Assembly (NCBI GenBank): GCA_030599585.1
Contig: JAUVNS010000007.1
Span: 192,001 to 256,000, forward strand
Reading direction: 5' to 3'
Length of the DNA stretch: 64,000 nt
DNA from: Promethearchaeota archaeon
GTDB lineage: Archaea > Asgardarchaeota > Lokiarchaeia > Sigyniarchaeales > SOKP01
The stretch's first letter is position 1. Each line of letters begins with the position of its first letter. The notes below the pieces were generated by a model. It saw only the letters and a list, made by a program, of their open reading frames with translations. It was not told where the DNA came from and made no database searches. This document shows positions 20,941 through 31,109 of this stretch, piece by piece. The translations under genes and the position numbers were made by a program.

Positions 20941-21525
20941 ATGAGCAAAAATAAACATTTCGGTATGGTAATTGATCAAGAAAGATGTATTGGATGCGAG
21001 GCGTGTAGCTTAGCTTGTCGGATTGAAAATAATTCAACGGAATTCTGGATTAAAGTTGAAACTCAAGGAGGAAAAGCAAAAAATACTCCAGCTGGCAAAT
21101 ATCAAAATCTAACTTTAAATTATCTCCCCAAATTATGCAATCATTGTTCAAATCCGCCGTGTGTTGAAGTTTGTCCCGTTGATGCGCTTCAAAAACGAGA
21201 TGATGGGCCAGTAGTATTAGATCAGAATTTATGCACAGGTTGTAAAGCTTGTATTAAAGCATGTCCATACGATGTTATTGTTTTCGATGAAAAAAGTAAT
21301 CATGCTGAAAAATGTAATTTATGCGTTCATCGAATTGATAAGGGTCTCGAACCTTTTTGCGTTATTTGTTGCGAGGGACAAGCTATGTATTTTGGTGATT
21401 TGAACGATCCAACTAGTGAAGTTTCCCAACTTCTTTTAAAGAGGATCAATTTTCAATTAAAGCCAGAAGAGCTAACGAATCCTTCGATCCATTATCTTCC
21501 ACCTAAACCAAAAAGAGAACTGTAA
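20941..21525 (+). CDS. DmsB/NrfC-like 4x[4Fe-4S] electron-transfer subunit
   Basis: CIGCEACSLAC, CNHCSNPPCVEVCP, CTGCKACIKACPY, KCNLC..PFCVICC. Confidence 0.9.
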   Translation: MSKNKHFGMVIDQERCIGCEACSLACRIENNSTEFWIKVETQGGKAKNTPAGKYQNLTLNYLPKLCNHCSNPPCVEVCPVDALQKRDDGPVVLDQNLCTGCKACIKACPYDVIVFDEKSNHAEKCNLCVHRIDKGLEPFCVICCEGQAMYFGDLNDPTSEVSQLLLKRINFQLKPEELTNPSIHYLPPKPKREL

Positions 21526-21590
21526 AAAATAATATATTAAAGAAGGAGAATGTCTTTTAAAAAAAAAAATTGAGATAAATTTTTAGTTTA

Positions 21591-22277
21591 TTATTCTCTC
21601 TTCTTGAAAAAGCGACTATAGGATGTATATTGCCACAACATATAAACAATTGTTCCTATTATCATGAGCATTCCAAGCATTGGGGCAATCTCTCCGAAGA
21701 AGATCACTGGCATGTAGAAAAAATACGAAACAAAAATGTAAATTCCAATTCTAACTAATTGTTTGTCATCAACCGCTTTTGCGTCTCGATATATTAATAT
21801 TGAAAGTGCTATTCCTTGTATCAGCCATGGTATGTTTCGGAATACTAACCATTCGTAAGGAGCTGATTGAGCTGTCCATTGATTTTGAGGAAATACAAAT
21901 ATTATCAATCCAACTATTCCGATACCAATTAATACTTTAAACAGTAAATTCTTCGGATGATTAAACTGTACCCGCCAAGCATCTGTGAAAAACATAAATA
22001 GAAAGATTAAACCAACCGCTTCTAAGAGAGATCCGATTCCTGAAATAGCATAGCTCATTTCTCCCTCTCCAGAGAAAAAAACGATTAGTCGAGCACCTAC
22101 ATGCCCTAAATCACCTATAAATAACATTATAAATGCTAATCGTATTCTTTTTGCTGTCGTGATTTCTTTCTGATTTACCTTTTTCAGGTTTTTTGACATC
22201 AGAATTACAATTGCACAGATATATATTAAATAGATAACACTGAATGTTATCTCCATTATAACTTGAGGTTCCGCCAT
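21591..22277 (-). CDS. Integral membrane protein (about 7 TM), hypothetical
   Basis: Hydrophobic helices, GDLGHVGAR and RNIP motifs; ATG 22277 follows GGTGA. Confidence 0.7.
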   Translation of the reverse strand: MAEPQVIMEITFSVIYLIYICAIVILMSKNLKKVNQKEITTAKRIRLAFIMLFIGDLGHVGARLIVFFSGEGEMSYAISGIGSLLEAVGLIFLFMFFTDAWRVQFNHPKNLLFKVLIGIGIVGLIIFVFPQNQWTAQSAPYEWLVFRNIPWLIQGIALSILIYRDAKAVDDKQLVRIGIYIFVSYFFYMPVIFFGEIAPMLGMLMIIGTIVYMLWQYTSYSRFFKKRE

Positions 22278-22430
22278 AATTGTCACCGAATTTCGTGTTC
22301 TTAAAATCTATCTAATTTTCATAAATATATACATTTCTATTCTTGAAGAAATAATCGTAATAAACGGGCAAAGGAGTTAAGGATTTCAAGCAAACTCGAA
22401 AATTGATGCTCGTAATGAAAAAAAAGAATA

Positions 22431-23015
22431 TTAAGTATTAAGTTTTTGGAGCAAGTAAGCCATGTTTTTACCTAAATTTTGAAAAGTAGCTATACCTTCT
22501 CTGTCTTCCATAATTTTTTCAGGGTTTAAAACATTTGGATTTACACCTAAATTCCAATAGCTACTACCAACTACAAACATCTGGTTAATTAGGAAAAAAT
22601 AATTTATACTTGAAAAAACATGAGTTGCTCCTGCTCTTCTGACCGATACTACAGCGGCACCAACTTTATGTTTTAACAGGCTATCGTTTACTTTACTTAC
22701 AAGACCTGCTCTTTCGATTAAAGCTTTCATTCTTGTGGTAGTATCTGCAAAATAAGTAGGTGATCCTAATATTATCCCATCAGCATTGAGCATCTTTTCT
22801 AAATACTCATTTAATTTGTCAGTTTTGACACTACATCTCTTATCTTGATTTTCAACGCATCGATAACATGAGATACATCCCTGGATTTTATCCATACCCA
22901 TCCAAACATATTCAGTCTCAATTCCGGCACTCTTCAATTCGTCCATTACCACATTTAAACATATGGCGGTATTACCCTCACTCCTTGGACTTCCATTAAA
23001 AACAACTACTTTCAT
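22431..23015 (-). CDS. Iron-sulfur flavoprotein (Isf)/NADPH-dependent FMN reductase family
   Basis: NGSPRSEGNT, compact CISCYRCVENQDKRC, GSPTYF, RRAGA. Confidence 0.9.
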   Translation of the reverse strand: MKVVVFNGSPRSEGNTAICLNVVMDELKSAGIETEYVWMGMDKIQGCISCYRCVENQDKRCSVKTDKLNEYLEKMLNADGIILGSPTYFADTTTRMKALIERAGLVSKVNDSLLKHKVGAAVVSVRRAGATHVFSSINYFFLINQMFVVGSSYWNLGVNPNVLNPEKIMEDREGIATFQNLGKNMAYLLQKLNT

Positions 23016-23167
23016 ATTTTAACATCTACTAATTAGTATTTTTTATTAACTATTGTATAATTTAATAACTTTCTTCTTCAATTTCTTAATATTGACTTCT
23101 ATTCGTCTTCATTAGCAATAACTGGAATGTCAATAATCTTAATTATTTCCAAACATAAATATTTCTT

Positions 23168-23830
23168 TTAATCTAGTATTCTGAACTCAATCTCCCGTCC
23201 TTTATTATTAAAGCATTTTATACTGTGTAAATTATACGGAGAAGCGATAATAAAATTGAATTGTTTTGTTTTAAAAACATGATTAATATCAGTAAGAGAA
23301 GGATTAGGATTTCCAGAAGGATGGGAATGAATAGATCCCTTGAGAGTTGAATCAAAGCCCAACCTACTAGGAATAAAAAGTCCAGAAGTGTTAGAGGTAA
23401 TTGCTCCTGGAGGTAATATAAATTCTATCGCAATTCCATCAATGATTCTTAGAAGTCCTAATATTTCTCTCGGATGTTGATTTTTACATAACGCAAAAAG
23501 TCCATTAAGTAATTCTTTTTTAATTTTTATTTCTTTAGAATCCAAATTATTAATGAAAGTTAATATTTCATCAATGAGATCGACAATAGAAGGAGGATTT
23601 TTTTTTTCCCATCGATTTAATAAAGGAATAATTTTATCAACTTTTCGATAAACGCGGTCATCTTTACTAATTAAATTAACAATTGGTTTTTTTGGGTAAT
23701 TTTTGAAGTTGATTTTCAAAAAAAATTTATCTCTTAAAGGAATTTTTACATGAGAAATACGAGCGTCCTCAAGAATTGCATTAGGATAAAATTCAATTAT
23801 CTTTTGATATTGATCTTCAATAATTTTCAT
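23168..23830 (-). CDS. JAB/MPN+ (JAMM) metalloprotease with an N-terminal UBC/UEV-like domain
   Basis: HPREILG...HSHPSGNPNPSLTD JAMM motif; N-terminal LKINFKNYPKKP...LNRW...SIVDLIDEI resembles an E2/UEV fold without a Cys. Confidence 0.8.
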   Translation of the reverse strand: MKIIEDQYQKIIEFYPNAILEDARISHVKIPLRDKFFLKINFKNYPKKPIVNLISKDDRVYRKVDKIIPLLNRWEKKNPPSIVDLIDEILTFINNLDSKEIKIKKELLNGLFALCKNQHPREILGLLRIIDGIAIEFILPPGAITSNTSGLFIPSRLGFDSTLKGSIHSHPSGNPNPSLTDINHVFKTKQFNFIIASPYNLHSIKCFNNKGREIEFRILD

Positions 23831-23844
23831 AACAATCCCTAAAA

Positions 23845-24606
23845 TTATTCTAATTTGCCAAGATATATTTCGGTATCGTATTCAATTCTAATAATTCCAT
23901 TCCGTTGGTGCTTGTTAAACAAATCTTCCAATTCAAGTATCATTTTTGGGAAAATAGGATTATCAACTAAAGGAATATAAGATGAAGAAAGGACTCTACC
24001 TTTAAAACTGGTAAAACTTAAATCTTGAAAATTATCAAATGTTTCTTTTTGGTAATTAAAGAAGAGATCAACATTTTTCTCATTTTTCCTTACTTCTTTA
24101 TAATCTATACCGTATTTTAAAATGAAATTTTCATAGCTACTATTAAACTCTGCTCCGGATTTTCCACGATTGTTCCAAATTAACGCTACATTTCCATTCG
24201 GTTTTAATATTCTTTTAAATTCTCTCTTAGACTCCTCTACATCGAACCAATGAAAAGCTTGTCCAGCAGTGATAAGCTCTACAGAATTCTCTTCTAATCC
24301 CGTGGACTCAGCCGAACCGTCAAGACTTGTAAAATTTGGATATCCTTGGAGGGTTTTTTCAGCTGCTTCTCTCATATCTTTATTAGGTTCAATACCATAA
24401 ACCTCGTTTCCGTTATCCAAGAATAGTTTAGCGAGAATTCCTGTACCTGAACCTATATCGGCGATTACAGCATCTTCTGCTAAATTTTTTTTCCCTTTTA
24501 GAAATTCTATAATTTTTAGTGGGTAGCTTGGTCGGTATTTGATATAGTTTTCTACTCTGGAAGAAAATCTCTTCTTCGGTTCAATAGCATATTTCCTATT
24601 GCTCAT
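23845..24606 (-). CDS. Class I SAM-dependent methyltransferase
   Basis: YIKYRPSYP, ADIGSGTG, GIEPN, AGQAFHWFD, LKPNG. Confidence 0.92.
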   Translation of the reverse strand: MSNRKYAIEPKKRFSSRVENYIKYRPSYPLKIIEFLKGKKNLAEDAVIADIGSGTGILAKLFLDNGNEVYGIEPNKDMREAAEKTLQGYPNFTSLDGSAESTGLEENSVELITAGQAFHWFDVEESKREFKRILKPNGNVALIWNNRGKSGAEFNSSYENFILKYGIDYKEVRKNEKNVDLFFNYQKETFDNFQDLSFTSFKGRVLSSSYIPLVDNPIFPKMILELEDLFNKHQRNGIIRIEYDTEIYLGKLE

Positions 24607-24725
24607 TGAATCTCGATAACACTTAATTGAATTAATTATTTTCTAAAAATCTTTAAATACCATTAGATCATAGTATTGTCTGTAAATGAATAGCTAATTT
24701 TACATTATTATTTTTGGTGTTATCC

Positions 24726-25814
24726 ATGGTTGAAAAAAAAAAAATAGAGTCAATTCCGAGTAATACACCTATTGAAAATGTTCCAGTTGATTATTACCCA
24801 CAAGGCTGTGGAAATTGGTATGAAATCGAGGAAGACATTGATGCTGGAAAAAAAATGTTTTTCAGAGATAGCAAACACGGGACTGGAGATTCAGAAAATA
24901 CGATTGTTTTTGTTCATGGCAACCCTGAGTGTTCGTACACATATAGAGGTGTTATAAAGCACTTAGTTAGCACAGCTAAAAAACCTATTAGGATTGTAGC
25001 AATGGATCACATTGGTTTTGGTTTATCTGATCAGGCTTCTTTTGAGATGGTTTGCATGGATCACGCTCAAAATTTGGGTCAATTAATACGACATTTGAAT
25101 TTACGAAATGTTACTTTTATCATCCACGATTGGGGTGGCCCAATCGGTGTTGGAGCGTTTTTAAAATTACCCGAACGCATATCAAATTTAGTGATATTAA
25201 ATAGTACTGTTTTTCCAATACCACTTACAGGATTAACATTTAAGAATTATCCCCTGAAGCGATTACCATGGAGTAAGTTACCAAAAACAATACCTAATAA
25301 TTATTGGGGAGCGTTTTCATCGTTTGCTATTTTTTATACTCTTGAAAACCCTGATGATTTATTAACAAACATGCCAACCATGCTTGCCAACGCAAAAGAG
25401 AAGGGTACGCTAATGGAAAACGAGAGCGTTAGTCAAAGGATATTTAGAGAACAATTCCAATCTAAACCGAATACATTAAGCTCAAAACGCTTAGTTCTTC
25501 AAACACCATTATGGGGTCACGGAAATATATATAAAGAACCAGCATTAGGAGAACGCGATACAACTCCCTTTTATCGCTTTATACAGGACAATATTAGTAA
25601 TCTTTGGGGTCCTGATGGCCAAAATATCGGTGTTCGGGCGGTTATTGGCAAAAAGGATCCATTAGCAAAAGAGGAAGTCTTACAGCAATGGGTTGATCAT
25701 CTTCCTCAACTTGAAGGTCACATAAAGATTTTTGAAAACAGAAACCATTTTATTGAAGAATTTGAACCGGAAGCGATTGCTAATGCCATTATCGATGTAG
25801 CAAGGTTAAAATAA
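24726..25814 (+). CDS. Alpha/beta hydrolase, haloalkane dehalogenase/OleB-like
   Basis: HGNP, DHIGFGLS, HDWGG (Asp nucleophile), HFIEE; ATG 24726 follows GGTG. Confidence 0.85.
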   Translation: MVEKKKIESIPSNTPIENVPVDYYPQGCGNWYEIEEDIDAGKKMFFRDSKHGTGDSENTIVFVHGNPECSYTYRGVIKHLVSTAKKPIRIVAMDHIGFGLSDQASFEMVCMDHAQNLGQLIRHLNLRNVTFIIHDWGGPIGVGAFLKLPERISNLVILNSTVFPIPLTGLTFKNYPLKRLPWSKLPKTIPNNYWGAFSSFAIFYTLENPDDLLTNMPTMLANAKEKGTLMENESVSQRIFREQFQSKPNTLSSKRLVLQTPLWGHGNIYKEPALGERDTTPFYRFIQDNISNLWGPDGQNIGVRAVIGKKDPLAKEEVLQQWVDHLPQLEGHIKIFENRNHFIEEFEPEAIANAIIDVARLK

Positions 25815-25844
25815 GTAAAAAAATGAAAAAAATAAATAATAAAA

Positions 25845-27764
25845 TTAACTGTGTTTTTGTTTTATAAACGGAAGTTTTCCTCCCGCTTTTAGAACATTAA
25901 TCTCTGTTACGCTTAAAGAATGAGTTAAATTAATTTCAGTACCTTTAGAGAGATTTTTTAATGCTACATTCCCTGATTCTATCGTAGTTAGATCGATTTC
26001 TAAGTTATCTCCTTGTTCAACCTTAGCATAATCATCTGTATTTGCAAATGTTAATGGTACGATACCAAAGTTTACAAGGTTAGCTAGATGGATTCGAGCA
26101 AACGATTTCACTATAACTGCTTTAAGTCCGAGATATTTTGGTGCTATAGCTGCGTGTTCTCTACTTGAACCTTGACCATAGTTTTCTCCTCCAACAATAA
26201 AACCACCATTCTTTTCTAAAGATCTCTCTGGAAAAGTTGAGTCTACCAGATTGAAGACAAATTTACTGATTTCAGGAATATTAGATCTTAAAGGCAAAAT
26301 TTTAGCCCCTGCTGGCATTATATGATCGGTAGTAATATCATCTTCGACTTTAAGAAGAAGTTCCCCTTCTAATTTGTTTGGTAAAGGATTGAATTCTGGT
26401 AAGGGCTTTATATTAGGTCCACGGACGATTTCAATAGATTCTTGACCTGCCTTTGGTGGAATGATCATATTATCGTTAACCATAAATTTTTCTGGCATTA
26501 TTATCTCTGGAAATTTGCCAAAAGATCTTGGATCAGTAATCTTGCCATGAATTGCAGATACAGCCGCAGTTTCGGGGCTTACTAGATATGCTTGAGCGCT
26601 TTTAGTTCCAGATCTTCCAAGAAAATTTCTATTAAAAGTTCTTAATGTAACGGCATCAGTTTTTGGCGCCAGTCCCATACCAATACAAGGACCGCATGCG
26701 TTTTCTAGAATTCTTGCTCCCGCTTCAATTAAATATGCCATCTCGCCAGATGTTATCATGTGATCAACAACTTGACGAGAACCAGGTGAGACGGTTAAGA
26801 CAGTATGTTCATTAACAGTTTTTCCTTTTAAGATATTAGCAGAGATTTTAAGATCTCTTAAGGTTGAGTTCGTACAACTCCCAATGCAAACTTGATCAAC
26901 TTTTAATCCTTCTATTTCCTTTACAGTTTTTATATTGCCCGGGCTATGTGGCGTGGCTACAAGAGGGACAAGTTCGCTCAGATTTATTTCTATTGTTTCG
27001 TCATAGACTGCATCTTCATCTGGTTCTAAAAGAACCCATTGATCCCCTCTTTCTTGAGATACTAAGAATTCTTTTGTAATATCGTCAGATGGAAATATCG
27101 AGGTTGTGGCTCCCGTTTCAGTTCCCATGTTGGTTATTGTACCTCGCTCAGGTACACTTAGAGTCTTAATTCCTGGGCCAGTGTATTCCAATACTTTATT
27201 AACTGCACCTTTAACACCAATTCTCCTTAAGACTTCGAGAATCACGTCTTTTGCTGCCACAAAATCAGGTAGTTTCCCGGTAAGAAGTACGTTTACAACC
27301 TTAGGCATTTTTAAATGAAAAGATTCTCCTGCCATCGCAGCTGCTACATCTAATCCACCGGCGCCTATAGCTATCATACCTACACCTCCACCAGTCGGAG
27401 TGTGGCTATCGCTCCCTAATAAAGTTTTTCCAGGGCGTGCAAAGCGTTCCAAATGCAGCTGGTGGCAAATACCATTTCCTGGGCGTGAAAAATAAAGCCC
27501 GTATTTAGCAGCAATACTTTGTAGATATCTATGATCGTCGGGATTTTTAAAATCAGTCTGTAAAGTATTGTGATCTACATAACTGACCGATAACTCAGTC
27601 TGAATGTGAGATATACCTATCGCTTCGAATTGCAAATAAGCCATAGTACCCGTAGCATCTTGGGTTAAGGTTTGGTCAATTTTTATACTAATATCTGTTC
27701 CACGTTCTGATTTACCATCAACCAAGTGCTCTTCTATTACTTTTTCAGTTAAAGTTTTCCCCAT
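25845..27764 (-). CDS. Aconitate hydratase, short (about 640 aa) bacterial/archaeal type
   Basis: DQTLTQDATGT, YVDHN, GSDSHT, IGSCTNS, ACGPCIGMG, TTDHIMP, GQGSSREHA. Confidence 0.92.
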   Translation of the reverse strand: MGKTLTEKVIEEHLVDGKSERGTDISIKIDQTLTQDATGTMAYLQFEAIGISHIQTELSVSYVDHNTLQTDFKNPDDHRYLQSIAAKYGLYFSRPGNGICHQLHLERFARPGKTLLGSDSHTPTGGGVGMIAIGAGGLDVAAAMAGESFHLKMPKVVNVLLTGKLPDFVAAKDVILEVLRRIGVKGAVNKVLEYTGPGIKTLSVPERGTITNMGTETGATTSIFPSDDITKEFLVSQERGDQWVLLEPDEDAVYDETIEINLSELVPLVATPHSPGNIKTVKEIEGLKVDQVCIGSCTNSTLRDLKISANILKGKTVNEHTVLTVSPGSRQVVDHMITSGEMAYLIEAGARILENACGPCIGMGLAPKTDAVTLRTFNRNFLGRSGTKSAQAYLVSPETAAVSAIHGKITDPRSFGKFPEIIMPEKFMVNDNMIIPPKAGQESIEIVRGPNIKPLPEFNPLPNKLEGELLLKVEDDITTDHIMPAGAKILPLRSNIPEISKFVFNLVDSTFPERSLEKNGGFIVGGENYGQGSSREHAAIAPKYLGLKAVIVKSFARIHLANLVNFGIVPLTFANTDDYAKVEQGDNLEIDLTTIESGNVALKNLSKGTEINLTHSLSVTEINVLKAGGKLPFIKQKHS

Positions 27765-28061
27765 AATAACTTTTAACCAATATCAATTTAGTTTTATTTT
27801 TTATTTTATTATTTTATTGAAAGTCTTAATTTAATCTATTTGTGAACAAAATAGATACAAGTTATCTAAAATGAAAATGTTATTAAACTTTTCCTTTGAT
27901 AAGTTAGGTGATTTGCCCACTTTTCTCCCTTTAAACAAGGAGTTTAAAAAAAAATATCGTGTTGGATGATTCTCGTACTTTCACAAACAAAATCTTTAAC
28001 TTTATTAACTAATCTAACTAATTAATTTCTAGGCAAAAGCTTCAAAAAAATAAAAAATACG

Positions 28062-28559
28062 GTGGCTATTATTAGTCAAATTGAAGACCAAGAAAAAACG
28101 GGCATTGATGTTAGAGCAAATGACTTAATAAGAGAAACTAAAGTATTAACCATAGCACGATTAGCAATAATGTTAGTAGATTTATTTGGACTTGACGAAC
28201 CATTTAAAAAAGTGGGAAAACATAGCGGTCAGGAAATCGAAATGTATTTCACCGAATTAGATGGATATATTACCTTCATTCTCGCATCCGAAAGAGAGAA
28301 TTTTGATTGTGTTGCAGAAAAAGCTAACAGTCCAATTGCGAGACTTATTATAACTGTCGAAGAAGATAAAATCTTAAACCTTATTAGTAGCATTATTCGC
28401 TCTAAAAACAACCTTTTCAGTTTAATTAAATTCTTGAAATACATAATCCCTGGTAAAGCAAAAATTAAAGGATCTTATGTAGCCGCCATTAAGTTAATTA
28501 GGTGTCTTATGATTGGAAAACATGATGTTTATAGTTACAACGGAGGATCATTTGCGTGA
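28062..28559 (+). CDS. SCP2-like domain protein, hypothetical
   Basis: C-terminal IIPGKAKIKGS resembles the SCP2 G-K-x-K-I-x-G signature; overlaps the next gene (GTGA). Confidence 0.55.
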   Translation: MAIISQIEDQEKTGIDVRANDLIRETKVLTIARLAIMLVDLFGLDEPFKKVGKHSGQEIEMYFTELDGYITFILASERENFDCVAEKANSPIARLIITVEEDKILNLISSIIRSKNNLFSLIKFLKYIIPGKAKIKGSYVAAIKLIRCLMIGKHDVYSYNGGSFA

Positions 28560-29704
28560 GCTTAAAAAACGATCATTTTCTCCAGATTTCAGACTCAATA
28601 ACTAATCCCTACATAACAGAATGGCTAGCAGAAGGTAAAAAAGTTTTAGGATACTATTGTACTTATATCCCGGATGAACTCTTATACGCGGCGAATTTAC
28701 TACCATATCGAATACGAGCAACCGGGAATACAGAAACGAATCTGGCGGATGTATATATGGTACGATTTACGTGCTCTTTTGTTCGCGCAACATTTGACAT
28801 GGCTTTAAGAGGTATCTATGATTTTTTAGACGGAATTTTAATTTGTAATTCCTGCGATCACTCTCGCCGAATGTTTGAACTTTTTGATTTAAAAATTTTT
28901 GGAAGAAAAGACTTTCCTAAACCAGCTTCCCAATTTTACTATTCTATACCTCATGTTATTACGGATGAAGGCTTTGAATGGTATTATACCGAGATACAAG
29001 AATTAAAAACTGAGTTAGAAGAAAAATATAATCTAGAAACTATAACTAAACAAGATTTAATTGAAACTATTAACATCTACAATAAGAATCGTGACCTTTT
29101 ACGGGAAATACACGAAATGAGAGTTATTGACGCCCCCAAAATTACCGGTAGTGAAGCTTTGCAAATATCAATGTCGAACAATTCAATTCCCAAAGAAGCT
29201 GCTAACCGGGAATTAGAACGAATTGTCAACTCCTTGAAAGAAAGCGAAGGCATTAAATCCAATGCTAAAAGAATCATGCTTGTTGGAAGTGAAGTTGACA
29301 GCACTGATTTTACTGGATTAATAGAAGATTCTGGGGCTCTCATTGTTTCTGATTTTTTATGCTTTGGAACTCGCAATTTTCTGGATGATGTCCACTTAGG
29401 TTTCAACCGCGATCCACTAAAAAGCATAGTAGAGCGAGTGTATTTCAGAATGTCTTGTCCTAGAATGATGGACGATCACGAACGGCGTTTAGAATTTGTG
29501 AAAACTGAAATTAAAAGAGCAAAGGTTGATGGAGTCATCTTACAAAGAATAAACAATTGCGACCTACACGGTTGCGATAATATGCTATACGTTCACGAAT
29601 TAAAGGATTTAGAGATTCCCGTATTGAATTTAGATCGCGAATTTTACCAAGCAGATACCACTAGACTTCAAACAAGAATAGAAGCCTTTTTAGAAATGAT
29701 TTAG
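28556..29704 (+). CDS. 2-hydroxyacyl-CoA dehydratase (HgdB/FldC/BcrC family) subunit
   Basis: GYYCTYIPDEL, CSFVR, NSCDHSRR, CFGTR, SCPRM, CDLHG, TRIEAFLEMI. Confidence 0.88.
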   Translation: MSLKNDHFLQISDSITNPYITEWLAEGKKVLGYYCTYIPDELLYAANLLPYRIRATGNTETNLADVYMVRFTCSFVRATFDMALRGIYDFLDGILICNSCDHSRRMFELFDLKIFGRKDFPKPASQFYYSIPHVITDEGFEWYYTEIQELKTELEEKYNLETITKQDLIETINIYNKNRDLLREIHEMRVIDAPKITGSEALQISMSNNSIPKEAANRELERIVNSLKESEGIKSNAKRIMLVGSEVDSTDFTGLIEDSGALIVSDFLCFGTRNFLDDVHLGFNRDPLKSIVERVYFRMSCPRMMDDHERRLEFVKTEIKRAKVDGVILQRINNCDLHGCDNMLYVHELKDLEIPVLNLDREFYQADTTRLQTRIEAFLEMI

Positions 29705-29745
29705 ATTAGAATAATTTTAGAATAAAATAAAATACTAAGTGTGAA

Positions 29746-31038
29746 GTGGTGAATATTACAGCTAAGAATGAAACTAGGATTGTCCCTTATCAAATGTTAT
29801 TAGACGCGATGGAGACTACCTACGAATTAGTAGAAAATATCCTTCCCGAAACAGGAATCCCTTCTTTAAGAATAGGATTGGAAGAAATGATACCTGTAGT
29901 TAGGAGAGATATTGAAAAAGCTCGAGAAGGCTTGCCTATCGTTGGATACCACTTTGCATTCCAAGCCGATTATCTTAAATGTTTTGATTGCGTACCTATA
30001 TGCATCGAAGGAGTTTCCTATTTTTTAGGAACTCTTTTAATGAATGGTGTTGAAAAATATTATGATGTAATAGGAAATTGGGGTCATCCCTTTCATACAT
30101 GTTCGGCACAAAAAGGAGCAATGGGGATGAGTTTAGAAAACTTGTATCATTTTGACGCAATGATCACTCCAACAGCACCGTGCGATTCCACATGCGCGTC
30201 TTATCCTTTTTTCAAATTTGAAAAAAAAATTCCTTTAATAATTGCCGATATGCCTTTTCTTCATGATGAAAAAAGTTACAAATATTACGGTGAGCAATTA
30301 AAGCTAAGTCTTCATAGTCTGGGGGAGGTAATTGGTCAAGAACCCGATTTTGATAAAATGAGAAAAGCTTTAGAAGTAGAGAATGAAGTGTCTAAATTAA
30401 GAATGGAATTGTTTGACTTAATAAAAGCTGTTCCAAGCCCAATTGAGAACATATTTAATCCTATTTCAGCTGCATCAACGATAATTATTTCTGGAACTCC
30501 TGAAAACATTTCGTTTTATCGTAGGATACTCGATATCGCAAAATCTAGATACAAGAACAAAGAACATCATGGAGGTGAAGAAAAAATAAGATCGATCTGG
30601 CCTTACATGCTTACTTTCTTTGATATTTCTTTATGTGAATGGTTAGACCGAAAAATGGGCATGAGTGTTTTACTCGATATCTTTAACTATAATTTATCAG
30701 ATCCCGTTGATACCAAAGCTGATTTAGATTCTCTATTTTATGAAATGGCCAGAAAGGCTATGGGATGGCCAATGATAAAACAATCAACTGAGTTCTATTA
30801 CCCCTTCTTAGACGATTGTATTAGAATGGCTAAAGATTTTAGCGCTGATTGCTTCATTTATACACAGAGTATTGCGTGCAAGCAATTTGGAGGCGTACCG
30901 CAGCTGCTAAGGGAAGCTCTCATGGACGAAGTAGGAATCCCTATGTTGGTAATTGATTTTGATGTTGGAGACGCCAGAATAACGTCGGCAAAGGCTATTA
31001 AAGACAAAATATCGATGTTTGTTCAGACTTTACTATAG
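29746..31038 (+). CDS. 2-hydroxyacyl-CoA dehydratase (HgdA/FldB/BcrB family) subunit
   Basis: HTCSAQK, TAPCDS, IACKQ, GIPMLVIDFDVGDAR. Confidence 0.85.
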   Translation: MVNITAKNETRIVPYQMLLDAMETTYELVENILPETGIPSLRIGLEEMIPVVRRDIEKAREGLPIVGYHFAFQADYLKCFDCVPICIEGVSYFLGTLLMNGVEKYYDVIGNWGHPFHTCSAQKGAMGMSLENLYHFDAMITPTAPCDSTCASYPFFKFEKKIPLIIADMPFLHDEKSYKYYGEQLKLSLHSLGEVIGQEPDFDKMRKALEVENEVSKLRMELFDLIKAVPSPIENIFNPISAASTIIISGTPENISFYRRILDIAKSRYKNKEHHGGEEKIRSIWPYMLTFFDISLCEWLDRKMGMSVLLDIFNYNLSDPVDTKADLDSLFYEMARKAMGWPMIKQSTEFYYPFLDDCIRMAKDFSADCFIYTQSIACKQFGGVPQLLREALMDEVGIPMLVIDFDVGDARITSAKAIKDKISMFVQTLL

Positions 31039-31109
31039 TTGAGAGGTTTCAATTATATTAATATTTTAAGAAGTTTTTTGTAATTTATAACGAATAAAGA
31101 GGAATTTTA

